In this document: piece by piece, positions 1 to 9,979 of the stretch
How the letters are laid out: each line of letters opens with the position of its first letter
Numbering within the stretch: position 1 is the first letter of the stretch
Assembly (NCBI RefSeq): GCF_006345805.1
Contig: NW_021833519.1
Coordinates: 1-28,660, forward strand
DNA: 28,660 bases
From: Octopus sinensis
Lineage: Eukaryota
Direction of reading: 5' to 3'
Translations under genes and position numbers: made by a program
Notes under the pieces: model-generated
Databases searched by the model: none
What the model was told of the DNA's origin: nothing
The model's input: only the letters and a program-made list of their open reading frames with translations

Positions 1-696
1 TATTGAATAAAAAAGAAAATATAAGTTAATTAAGGTTGCTTAAGAGCAGAAAGGATAGCGTGGCTATTACCCCTGACAACGGTTGTTGAAAGGCGTTGAA
101 ACAGCCATTCGGTCTCCCTTCTATCTTTCGTCTGAACCGAGATCAGGGATCCAAGTTTCCTGATGAAAGAGATTGATTCCGGACCGAAGACTCCAGATGA
201 CTCCACAATAATCGGTTGCGGTGTTAAAGGTGGCTGCGAAGCCACTGTCCACGCCGTGAGGGATTTTACAGAGTTTTCACACTCGGCTTATAACGACTGT
301 ATTCTTGCTAAATTGGACATGAAAAATGCTTTTAATTGCATCGACCGCTCATACTTCCTTAAAGAATGCAGCAAACATAACATTCCATTACTCCCGATGG
401 CCAGCATGTGCTACTAATGATAGACGGACACACGATCTTGTCCTCCTCTGGGGTCCAACAAGGTGACCCCCTTGGTCCATTACTCTTCTCCATGGGCGTT
501 AACCCAACACCACGCGCCGTAAAATCACCGCTCAACGTTTGGTATCTGGATGACATTACTATTGGTGGTCCTGCTCACCAAGTCATCTTGGATATCGAAT
601 CAATCGCTGTAAGTCTGAACAAAATTGGATTACAGTTGAACCCTTCAAAATGTGAGATCATAAACCTCAACGCCAACGAGGAAGATTTCGCGACTA

Positions 697-2434
697 CAGT
701 CCGACCCCAAAATGGGGCAGACCCCAGGGGTGGGGCACCCTCGGATTTTGGGGCACCCCCGCAATTTGGGGCACTTTATTCCAAAAGTACATTTTGGCAG
801 AAAAAAAATAAAAATCGATAAAAAATTATGGAATTTTTGGGGCACCATAAAATCATTTATAAGGAATTAAAAATAAAATAAAATTATAATAAATTAATTA
901 TTTTTTGTTTTATTTTCAATTTATATTTTTATTGCTGTGGTTATGGATTACGAAACTAAATTGAAGATTGCTAAAGAAATTTTGAAGAAAAATTTATCTG
1001 AGAGGCAACTAATGAAAAAGTACAACACAAGTAAAGGAACAATATCAATAATAAAACGAAATATTGTACCTTTCTTGCAACACGGCAATACTATTTCTGA
1101 GGAATATGACACATTTAAAGCCGATAAAGATAAATTTGATGATCAAGTCTTTGAAATATTTCAAAGACTACGCGTAGATAAAATTCCGATTTCAGGCCCT
1201 ATTTTGAAAAAAATTGCCTTAGTTACAGCTTCAAAAATTGGATTTACTTCTTTTAAAGCTTCCAATGGGTGGCTTGATAGATTTAAATTGCGGCATGAAC
1301 TTCAATTCAAGTCAATATGTGGTGAAAAGCTTCATGTGATTTATCTTATGTGAAAAATTATTTTGAAAAATATGACCAGAAAGTATTAAAATATGGACCT
1401 GAGAATATATTTAATTGTGATGAAACTGCGCTTTTTATAAAAAGAACTCCTCAAAAATCATTTGTTGAACAAGGCGAACCGTGTTTTGGTTATAAACAAG
1501 GGAAAGAAAGACTCACTGTTCTTCTATGCTGCAGTTTAATCGGGGAAAAACTTAATCCATTGATTATTGGAAAATATAAAAAACCTCGGTGTCTAAAAAA
1601 TTTTGATGTTCAAGATTTTGGGTTATTGTATTCATCTTCTCAAAATGCATGGATGACTGGAAAGATTTTTATGAGTTGGCTTACACTTATAAATGAATCG
1701 TTTTGCAAAAACAACAGAAAAATATTATTAATACTTGACAATGCGGGATGCCATAAAACTGCCGAATGTTCGAACATCGAATTTTTATTTTTGCCGAAAA
1801 ATACAACGCCCTATTTACAACCTTTGGATATGGGAATAATCAAGATTTTTAAAGATTATTATTCCTCTTTCTTAATGGAATTTTTATGTTTTCAAGATTT
1901 CGAAAACGATTTTACACATTCTATTGGTAAATTAAATTTGCGTCAGGTTATGATGCTAATTTCAAAAGGATGGGAGAAAATAGATGCTAAAAGTATTGTT
2001 AATTGTTGGAAGAAAATCGACAGGAACCGTGATTCTTATGCAAAAAAACTGTCTAACAGATAAACATTTAGATCAAGTTGTTAACGAAACAATTGATGGA
2101 GAATGCGAAGACATGACAATAATGTTTATGATACATATTCAGAAACCGAAAATAGTGAAAATGTCGTAGCAAAACAAAAGATCTGCTTAACAATTTAGAA
2201 GAAAAAATTTCTAATGTTGCACCAAGTATGCTCCGAGATTTTTTTGATTTTCGGCTGAAATTGACGAACAATATCAGACAAAACTCTACAAATAAAAAGA
2301 AAATAACTGAATATTTTAGTAAAAATGTTTTTTGATGTTTATTAATGGTTTAATTTTTAAAAAAATAACAACCCCTGTTTTTGGGGCACCCCCGCATTTT
2401 GGGGCACTTGGTGCCCCATTTGGGGGTCGGACTG
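697..2434 (+). mobile_element. pogo/Tigger DNA transposon (1738 bp), full length with both TIRs
   Basis: 23-bp TIRs CAGTCCGACCCCAAAATGGGGCA (697-719) and its complement (2412-2434), 22/23 identical. TA duplication at 695-696 and 2435-2436. Removing the element plus one TA restores the RT frame (ACT ATA GTG = T-I-V). Confidence 0.95.
943..2335 (+). pseudogene. pogo-family transposase (CENP-B-type HTH + DDE_1), frameshifted
   Basis: HTH region ASNGWLDRFKLRH; catalytic motifs FNCDET, ILDNAGCH, QPLDMG (29 residues between 2nd and 3rd Asp). One A is missing in the run at 1325-1328 (GE-KASCD). Further frameshifts lie at about 2010-2165. The tail KKKITEYF before TGA at 2333-2335 resembles a PIP box. 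Confidence 0.88.
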
Positions 2435-3546
2435 TATAGTGGAAAAATATCACTCAGTCTTACCGGGTGGTATTATAACCAGGAAAGGGTCGCTTGAAGT
2501 CTTAGGATCTCCCATTTTCTCGGAAGGAATCGAGAAACTACTGTCCGGAAAATTATCCACTTTTGAGTTGATGTCAAACAGGCTATCCATCCTGGACGCT
2601 CACGAAGGGTTTTTCTTGTTGAAAAACTTCATATCACTCCCCAAGCTACAACACGTTCTCCGCTCTGCCCCCTGCTTTATAAACCCTGAACTTCTCAAAG
2701 AACTGGAAACAGGGCTGAAAAACAGTGCCGAAAATCTCTGCAACATTCGTTTTGACGAAGCCTCGTGGACCCAAGCCACGCTTCCAATACGATTCGGAGG
2801 CATTGGTCTCCGCTCCCCAGCAGATATTGCATTACCCGCTTTCCTCTCTTCTCGATTGTCGTGTGACTCACTGGTGGTTGCTGTTCTCCCCCTTTCCACT
2901 GAACGTAACGCATCCTCCTGGTATCAGATGGCAATCGAAATTTGGTCGAACAAAGGCCTCAAGACACCTGCTAACTCATTCTCACAGAGATGTTGGGACG
3001 ACCTGCATTCTATGTCAATTTACCACCACTTGGAAGAGGTCTCTGATCAATCTCGTCTTGCATGCCTTAGAAGCGCTTCACAAAAACAATCCGGAGCGTG
3101 GCTCAATGCATGTCCTATCCCTTCAGTCGGAAACAAACTGGACGACGAGACATTGCGAATTGCAATCTCCTTACGCCTTTGCATGAAGATCTGTCGCCAG
3201 CACCGCTGTAGTTGCGGGGCTTCCGTTGACGAATTCGGACGGTACGCTCTCTCATGCAGACGCAGTGCAGGCCGGTTTCCAAGACATCATGCAATGAACC
3301 TAATTGTCAAGAACGCTTTGCATGCAGCTGGTTTCCCGGCACAGCTGGAGCCTCCTGGTCTCATCCGTACAGACGGAAAAAGGCCGGATGGGATAACAAT
3401 TTTCCCGTACACCAACGGGAAGTGCCTTGTTTGGGACTGCGCCTGCACCGACACCTACTCGGAGACAAACCTGATCGCCTCAGCCTCCTCTCCAGGATAT
3501 GCTTCATAATTAATTTAATTGCAATGATTTCTAATCAATAATCGTT

Positions 3547-4252
3547 TCAACAATAAAAATTTATTAAAATAAAGCGTCTACGTTTTTTTAACTTGATTCA
3601 TATTAACTATTTTAGACTTCCCTGAACTTGTTTTAATCTGTTAAATAAAATAATAATAAAATAGACCTCTAGTCGATTGTTTGACAAAATTTGAACTTCA
3701 GCAGGTTCTCCATATGGGGATTCAAATCGGTTTAGCCTTAGGGAAGGATTTGTCCCAAAATCCTTTAGAACTCTAACCTAACAATTATTCACAAAAAATA
3801 CTCCGCTCCCAATTGAAAAATCGTATTTCGATTGATGAACATTCATTTTTCTATTCATGCGTTTAAAATATGGTGAATTTAAATTAGGTGGAAAAAAATT
3901 CAATAAAATCACTAGCATCCAAGTTGTCTAGCATATGTTATTCAAAATTTACCTGAAACATCTAAAATATTTTCTACATCCATATCCTCTGATGATACAT
4001 GATAAAAATCATCCGAACACTCACTTCTTTGAAATTAAAAAAATTAAAAAAACTTTTATCATCATGAATGACGGTGGTTATACCAGAAACTCTCTTAGTT
4101 TTTAAATGGTGTTTCATTTATAGAAGAATGAATAGTCGTGTATATGTAGAAGTGCTTCGTTTAATAAATTGGATCCAGTTTTTAGTTGATTCTTCACTCA
4201 TCAGCTTTGAAAGATTTCGTGTTAAAGTTTGATTAAATCTTTCCACGATACC
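3547..4252 (-). pseudogene. 3' half of a Ginger/KRBA2-like DDE integrase carrying micro-introns
   Basis: Reads GIVERFNQTL...NW...Y(N)TTIHSSINETPF, then HQSKYDFSIG..V.KDFGTNP...ESPY and IKTSSGKSKIVNMNQVKK. GT-AG introns at 4027-4053 (27 nt), 3928-3952 (25), 3778-3801 (24) and 3638-3666 (29). Several frameshifts; no TIR found. Confidence 0.72.
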
Positions 4253-4819
4253 CTAAAACAGAGGTCATGAAACTAAATAGTGATAATGGAGAAATTAAAA
4301 ATGTACATTTTTCTCGAATAAAAAAAATTTTATAAGCTAAAAAAATGTTTTATGTAAATTCAATTTCAAAAAATAATCTGAAATCCCTTTCCACTAAGTT
4401 GAGTTTAAGTAGTCCCGTGACAAAGTTACGCACAACATTCCCATTTGAGTTGATAAGGACATTAATCTTCTCCACAACGTCCAAATAGCACATGTTGTTG
4501 GAGTACTAGTGTCATTCAAGAGACGGAATCTCTCACGGAAGTGGAGACTTTAGTAATCCGAGGTTTATTGAAAATCAATTACTGGAATTTTGAAATTGGT
4601 TTTATAGAAGGATCCCGGGGTCAGTGATTTGGGGGATCCCCAACGAGTTCCTCTATTAGTTCATATATCAATTGGCAGTTATCAATTTCTGGAATGTAGG
4701 TAAAATCACAGAAATAGTGTTAGAATACACATATTATAGGAATTCAAAGCACTGTATTTGTGTTGGTGTGGATGAGAACGACAACTAAAGTAATAATTAT
4801 TGTTTTTTATATATAAATA

Positions 4820-4940
4820 ATATATGTCCTCGTCTACGAATATGGGAGAATTGTGTCCTTCCTCCTCGAACAGTAAAAGGTGGAATGATCTGATGGACTT
4901 TGGGGATATATTGGGGATGTATTAACGACATATTAATGGC
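4820..4940 (+). pseudogene. Small Tc1-like transposase remnant
   Basis: Degenerate RTVKGG...IYWGCI resembling the Tc1 motif TVKxGG..VWGC; contains an in-frame stop. Confidence 0.3.
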
Positions 4941-5061
4941 TAGAGAAGGTTTGGTTACACTTTATGGTTACACTTTTTTTTATATTCAATTATTAATACA
5001 TTATTTTTACTTTTTTTATTAAGGTTTTCGGGATCAAAAAAACAAAAATTAATATTAATGT

Positions 5062-5132
5062 TATACTCCTTTGTGGATTTGAACCCACGACGTCTGAGAA
5101 CTGTTCTCGTTGTCCGAATGATTCATCACACC
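5062..5132 (-). other. tRNA-derived remnant (tRNA pseudogene or SINE head)
   Basis: Minus strand has a B-box/T-arm-like CGTGGGTTCAAATCCAC and a GAGAA-CAG-TTCTC hairpin. No complete cloverleaf could be built. Confidence 0.25.
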
Positions 5133-5859
5133 TTAAAAATGAGTTTTCTTAGTTGCCTGTTACTACAACAGATCTACATTTTAAAAGTAATGTAACATTA
5201 AAAAATTATTAGTAATAACTTTAAACATTTATCATAAACTAATAAAGTAAAAACTTTATTCTAAATGAATAATAAAGCAATTAACATAGTCAATAAATGC
5301 ACGCCATTGATGATGGGTCCACAGCAGATAGAATATTTTAATGCATGTACAGCCTGTCCTACAAGTTGAGAACTAACCTAATTAGTAGTGACTTGATCAT
5401 CCTCCCCGGCTACATAGACTTTGTCGGAGACCAAGTGGTATGCTTAAAGTGTCATTTCAGAACTTGAAAACCAATTTAACCAAAAAATAGTTCTGAATTG
5501 CCCCTTCGTTTCAAGACACCGTGACTGAGTCCTGAATGGCAATTGCCATGGCGGTATTGCCTGAGTCTAGCTGGCTTTTTCAGCGCATAAGATAATACAA
5601 AATTAAATATCAAGTGCATTCAAAAAAACTTAATCAGTTACAGTATATTTTATATTGTTTTAGTTAAGTATTTTTTGAATTTTTATGTATCAATTACCGT
5701 GAATTAAGGCGGATTCTCGAATACGCACCTCGATTGATGTCCAGAACAAGAAACCCAACATTTGGATCCTCGATCACCTGTAAGACCCTCAATTTCATAT
5801 ACTCTCAATATCCTCAGAACACATCATCGTCACTCTTGCAGACCAATTGAAACCACTCT

Positions 5860-6030
5860 CAAAAATACCTTTTCCGAAAACGGATCAATTATGTCTAAAT
5901 AGATAAACAACCACATTTGCACTCAGCCCAAGCTGTTATTTTACCCATAACAAAATTATCATTTCTGAATGGGTATTCAACAGAGTGACTCACTGGGCCC
6001 ATTGCTCTCTATGTTGACCATATTGCACAC
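5860..6030 (+). pseudogene. Degenerate CRE-type RT fragment
   Basis: GIQQSDSLGPLLSML at about 5972-6016 matches the GVQQGDPLGPLLF motif of the two larger CRE elements in the window. Confidence 0.45.
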
Positions 6031-6179
6031 AACCTTACTTTTTAGTCAATTTTCTATATTTTCCTTCGACAATTCATATTTTATTTTAATTGGATTTATG
6101 TCCGGAGATTGTTCCTGCCAATCAAATAAATTAATTTTATTTACAGAAAAATATTCCATTGTTGCATTGGAAATATGAA

Positions 6180-6750
6180 ATAGGGCTTTGTCTTGCTAAA
6201 ATATGTGGCTTTTTAGCACCATTTTAATTGCTGATTTTTCAAGATTGTATGCCAGAATGTTTATATATTCACGAGAGTTAATTTTTTCATCAATAAGACA
6301 TAATGTACCCATGCCAAAATAAAAAAATCCCCAAAATATAATTTTGCCACCACACTTAACAACTGGGACAGAATTTGAATTTCATATTTTTAATTATGTT
6401 TTTTTACTTAAAAATGGTTTTTCCTTTGTATCCTTAGAAATAGACCATTCTTATTTAAATTGCAAATAATAGTTCGCGGGGAAATAACTTTTTTAGTAAT
6501 TTTTTCGTTTTCTAACGGCAGATCTTTTGCTGAATTTACACAATTAGCTTCAGTTCGACCAATATTTGGACTTCGTTTCCAGAAATGTTGTTCCTCCAGA
6601 TCTACTTTTTCTACAAATAATTCTCTCGTTGATGTATTTCCGAACAACATACAGTCGATTTTGGAACACCAAGGAAATCAGAAATTGTCTTGTAAGAAAA
6701 ATTTTGCTGATAGTAGGATATAATTTATCCCTTGAAAAAAGAATCCATTA
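6180..6750 (-). pseudogene. Tc1 transposase remnant, internally deleted; its terminal repeat probably lies at 8606-8638
   Basis: HTH SYKTISDFLGVPKSTV, linker KSRSG, SPRTI..L.KNGL..R..RK, and core PVVKCGG..FWG.F...G.L.LIDEKINSREYINIL. A Tc1-type end TGTCCGGTTTTTTTGTCGAGGGGTG followed by TA is at 8614-8640. Confidence 0.75.
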
Positions 6751-6955
6751 GTATTTTCTAAAATAATTAAAAAAATTGACTCTTTTAACTATAACAGCAA
6801 AAGTGTTCAAATTTTTACGCCACTAAATACACGTTTTATGCTTTTAATTATTGTTTTTAAAAACTTTAGCAAATAAATTTTTTAAATATAAATATAAAAA
6901 TTTTTAATTTGATAATTTTTTTAGATTTTTTTAATGGTAAATTGAATATTGACTA

Positions 6956-8587
6956 AAATTGTAGATTACCTCTAGCTATTATGTAATGGCTCGCAGGATT
7001 GAAAAACAATTTCCGCGTAAAACAGCCAGCGAGATCCTCTGAATAAGGAATATAAATTCCTTGGGATCTCTGAAGCAGTAGGAGCACAGGCGGCCAAGTT
7101 TCTCAGGATATAAACAATTTTTGGGATCAAAAGATAGTTCTTGAGGATGTACAATGAAGGATGAGGATCAATGACAGAAAGTTTTTCACAGAGATGCTAT
7201 AAGATTTTTTTGGCAAGAAGGATTCGTGTAGCTAAGTCGGCGAGAATCGGTGACCCAGAATTTCCAGATCAGACAAAGATGTCTGTCTCAACTTAGGAAG
7301 GAGTCTGCAGAAAAAAGAGAAGGAGTTCTTAAACAGGGATGGCTCAACAGAGAGATTGACAATCTCGGACTTGCTGGAATTAATAACCCGACCAATGTCG
7401 GGTAAAGCCTGAATTAGACTGACTAAGTCCTTTAGCAAAATATCAGGCGGACCGCCCAGGCTGCAATCGTCGAGATACCAAAGATTAAGGGGTGATTCAT
7501 TAACCCGGGCAATGGCAAGAGCGAACAGTAATGGTTTCAAAGGATCACCTTGTTGGACGCCACAGGACGAAGAAATGAAAGAACCACCGATTAAAAGTGA
7601 CGGAAGCGAGTACAAGAGTGATATAAAGGGAAGCAAATGTGGAACACGGTCTTGACAGACCTCCAACAAATGCCCACGGTCCAGAGAATTGAAAGCATTT
7701 GTTACATCCAGTTTTAATAAGGCAAAGGGAATATTGGAACGAGAAGAAGCTTGAATAAAACAACGACAGGCATAAACAGAAGACTCGCACCCGCCAGGGA
7801 CACCCACACCCAACTGAATGGGCTGCAGTTGCTCGCCAATAGAAGGGATAACGGACTTGCAACAGACTTTCGCAAATAAACGACGAAAGACATTTCCAAC
7901 AACAATAGGGCTAATACCACCATCTTTCTTTCCCAAGGCAGTAAGATTCGCGGAAAAGAACAGAATTCTAGGATGGTCAGAAATTTTGCCGCTTAGGAAT
8001 AAATTGCACAAGTTAGTGAAAGCATTCAAGAGGCGATTCCCGGTATCACCAGTTGCGGAAATTAAGTCTCTCAAATGAATAGGGCGGAGACCGTCGATAC
8101 CTCCACTACTGTTGCCCCTAAAGGCGTTTAAGGCGTCCAGAAGTTGTTTGGAAGAAACAGAAAAGGGAAAGCAAGACGACTGGGCCACATCAAAAGTTAC
8201 TGATTTTCCAATAGGGTGCTTTTCCTTGAGAATGCGAACAACATCGGGGGTGATTGTACGGACAGAATCAGAAGATGACAAGAGACGAACAGCCGCGCTG
8301 ACATCATGCGACATTAAACAGGAGTTAATCCGAGACCGTAAAGCGTCCTTCGACGAGGGCTTAGCGGTAGATTTTAAATGAGAGGGAGACGGAGCGAGAG
8401 AGCCATTTATAAACTGACTCATATTCTTTTTCAAGAAAGAAACAAAGGAGCCACCGGCACCGGGGCGACGAGCAGGGGTGCCTAACGCAAAAGTTGGGAA
8501 AAGGAATAAACAATTCCAATTATGAATGGATGGATCGGAAATGACAGAATCAATGAAAGAAGAAAGGTTTTGGGCCCCCGAGATACG
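6956..8587 (-). mobile_element. Second CRE-type RLE non-LTR retrotransposon, 5'-truncated and internally deleted
   Basis: The 400-aa ORF has LKEKHP, GGIDGLRP, KKDGGI.P, QLGVGVPGG, KLDVTNAFN, GVQQGDPL and WYLDD. It continues with frameshifts to IPKIVYILR, then joins directly to the endonuclease tail KLGRLC...QRISLAVLRGNCFSIL (stop at 6979-6981). Degenerate flanking direct repeats at 6936-6955 and 8588-8605. Confidence 0.88.
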
Positions 8588-8751
8588 GGTAATAGAAAAT
8601 GACTATTTTTACATGTCCGGTTTTTTTGTCGAGGGGTGTATTATCGTTTTGAGCCTGACCATTTAAAAGGTTGAGGACCGCTGTTTCAGAGAATGTCAAG
8701 AGTAGCGCCAGTGACATAATCAGATCATAACAATCAAGATTTTCGATTCTA

Positions 8752-9582
8752 TACCATTTCTCATACTAAATGAAATTAACGCCAAACTAAGTGAAATCAA
8801 TAGAAAACTAAATGGGATTAATAACAAACAATTTGGGATTAATATCAAACTAAATGGGATTAACATTAACAAATTCTTTGTTCAAAATTTAATGCTAAAC
8901 ATATTTAGTGTGTCAGCGATATTTTGCTTTATTTCAATAATAAGGTTTATTCTATCTACAATTATTGATGTAATTGGTTTTATTTTATCTACAATTATTT
9001 TTCACGCATGTGTGTTTGTTACTCTTTAATTGACAAACCTTCTACTTGTTCAAATAAAATTTGGTTTTTCAAAAAAGAGATGTTTCTTTTCACATGAGCT
9101 TTTACTTTTGACCATTATTTTTTGATTGGGTTTAAGATCGGATTGTACGAACTGAGAAAAAGAATATGAAAAGCATTGTGTTATCGTCTTCGATGCATGA
9201 TATAAACAAGTTAACATGTTTTTAAACTTTTTTTAAATAAATTCCACTTTCTTTTTTTAAATAGTTTAATTCCAGTCCTTATTCAACAATATGCTATTGT
9301 CTCGAGATGCTGAGTATAATTGCTGTTTTTCAAATACCTACGTGCTTCTGAGGCTGAAATTAAATTTATTATATTTCTATACACTTGATTTTTCTTTTCC
9401 AATGATTTACGTAGCATTTTTGTTTTTTGTATCAAAACGTAATATTTACAATCATAAACGTTATCTTTTATTGATTAAATTTAGTTTGTTATTAATCCCA
9501 CTTAATTTACTGTTTTTCGCACTTAGTTATCTATTGATCCCATTTAGTTAAGAATAAATCACATATAGTGTCGGAAATGGTA
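8752..9582. mobile_element. Foldback-like non-autonomous IS630/Tc1-related element with long imperfect TIRs built of 21-bp repeats
   Basis: Both ends begin TACCATTTC and are flanked by TA (8750-8751, 9583-9584). Five 21-bp units at 8765-8869 and five inverted units at 9465-9569 start at the same 13-bp offset. An internal minus-strand DDE_3 remnant HILFLSSYNPILNPIK.*WSKVKAHVK is at about 9075-9165. Confidence 0.62.
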
Positions 9583-9979
9583 TAGAGTTAACTGCTAATC
9601 CTAATAATGTCCTTATTTTAGATGTTGAAATTTGCTAACTGTTCCGATATAGTCAAATCATAAGTAATTACTCACGACTTATTGTGATTGATTTTGATAG
9701 TTAAATTGATTTTTAAAATTAGTTCATAATAAATTTTTGTAATTTTTTAAATGACATTAAATTGTGTTAGCCTATAAAAATTGAAAATTGTCGAACTAAG
9801 TCGATTAATTGTTGAGGGATAATAAATTCATTGTCGACGCTTTGCTCGGTAAACACCAATAAGAAATGTTCCCTGTTTTAAAAAGTTATACTATTGAGAT
9901 ATGTGCCATTTAATATTAACCACAGTCAAAAATAGTGATTCCAATTAGAAAAGATTAATATTGAAAATTAATAATAAAA

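Larger units (their letters stand above)
30..3509. mobile_element. CRE/NeSL-type (RLE-clade) non-LTR retrotransposon, rearranged (5'-inverted) and interrupted by a pogo transposon
   Basis: Plus strand 211-696 and 2437-3506 encode RT motifs (GCGVKGGCEA, KLDMKNAFN, GVQQGDPLGP, WYLDD), then a CCHC knuckle (C-S-C...ALSC..SAGRFPRH) and the start of the restriction-like endonuclease (RPDG, LVWDCACTDT). Minus strand 30-218 encodes the missing endonuclease C-terminus (QPIIVESSG...FQRLSTTVVRGNSHAIL). There is one small frameshifting deletion near 415. Confidence 0.9.

Noticed and set aside
27-33. TAATTAA at 27-33 and 3507-3513 as the TSD of the inverted CRE element
   Set aside because: Short, AT-only and overlapping the stop codon. 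It could easily be chance, and the true 3' end may lie outside the window.
415-423. Three consecutive stop codons TAA TGA TAG in the RT
   Set aside because: They are the out-of-frame reading of L-M-I-D after a small deletion, so the run is coincidental.
1321-1353. Programmed ribosomal frameshift or intron between the two pogo ORFs
   Set aside because: Adding one A restores GE-KASCD homology. No slippery heptamer with downstream structure and no suitable GT-AG pair were seen.
2600-3541. Overlapping or antisense ORFs over the retroelements (2600-2899, 2695-2934, 2725-3186, 3254-3541; likewise 7545-8381)
   Set aside because: Shadow frames of relatively GC-rich RT coding sequence with no independent motifs.
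5290-5600. Possible intron-containing gene (23-nt GT-AG at 5438-5460)
   Set aside because: No frame-consistent multi-exon model could be built; stops occur in all joins tried.
8765-8869. CRISPR-like array
   Set aside because: The units are contiguous 21-bp tandem repeats with no unique spacers, the context is eukaryotic, and there are no cas genes.
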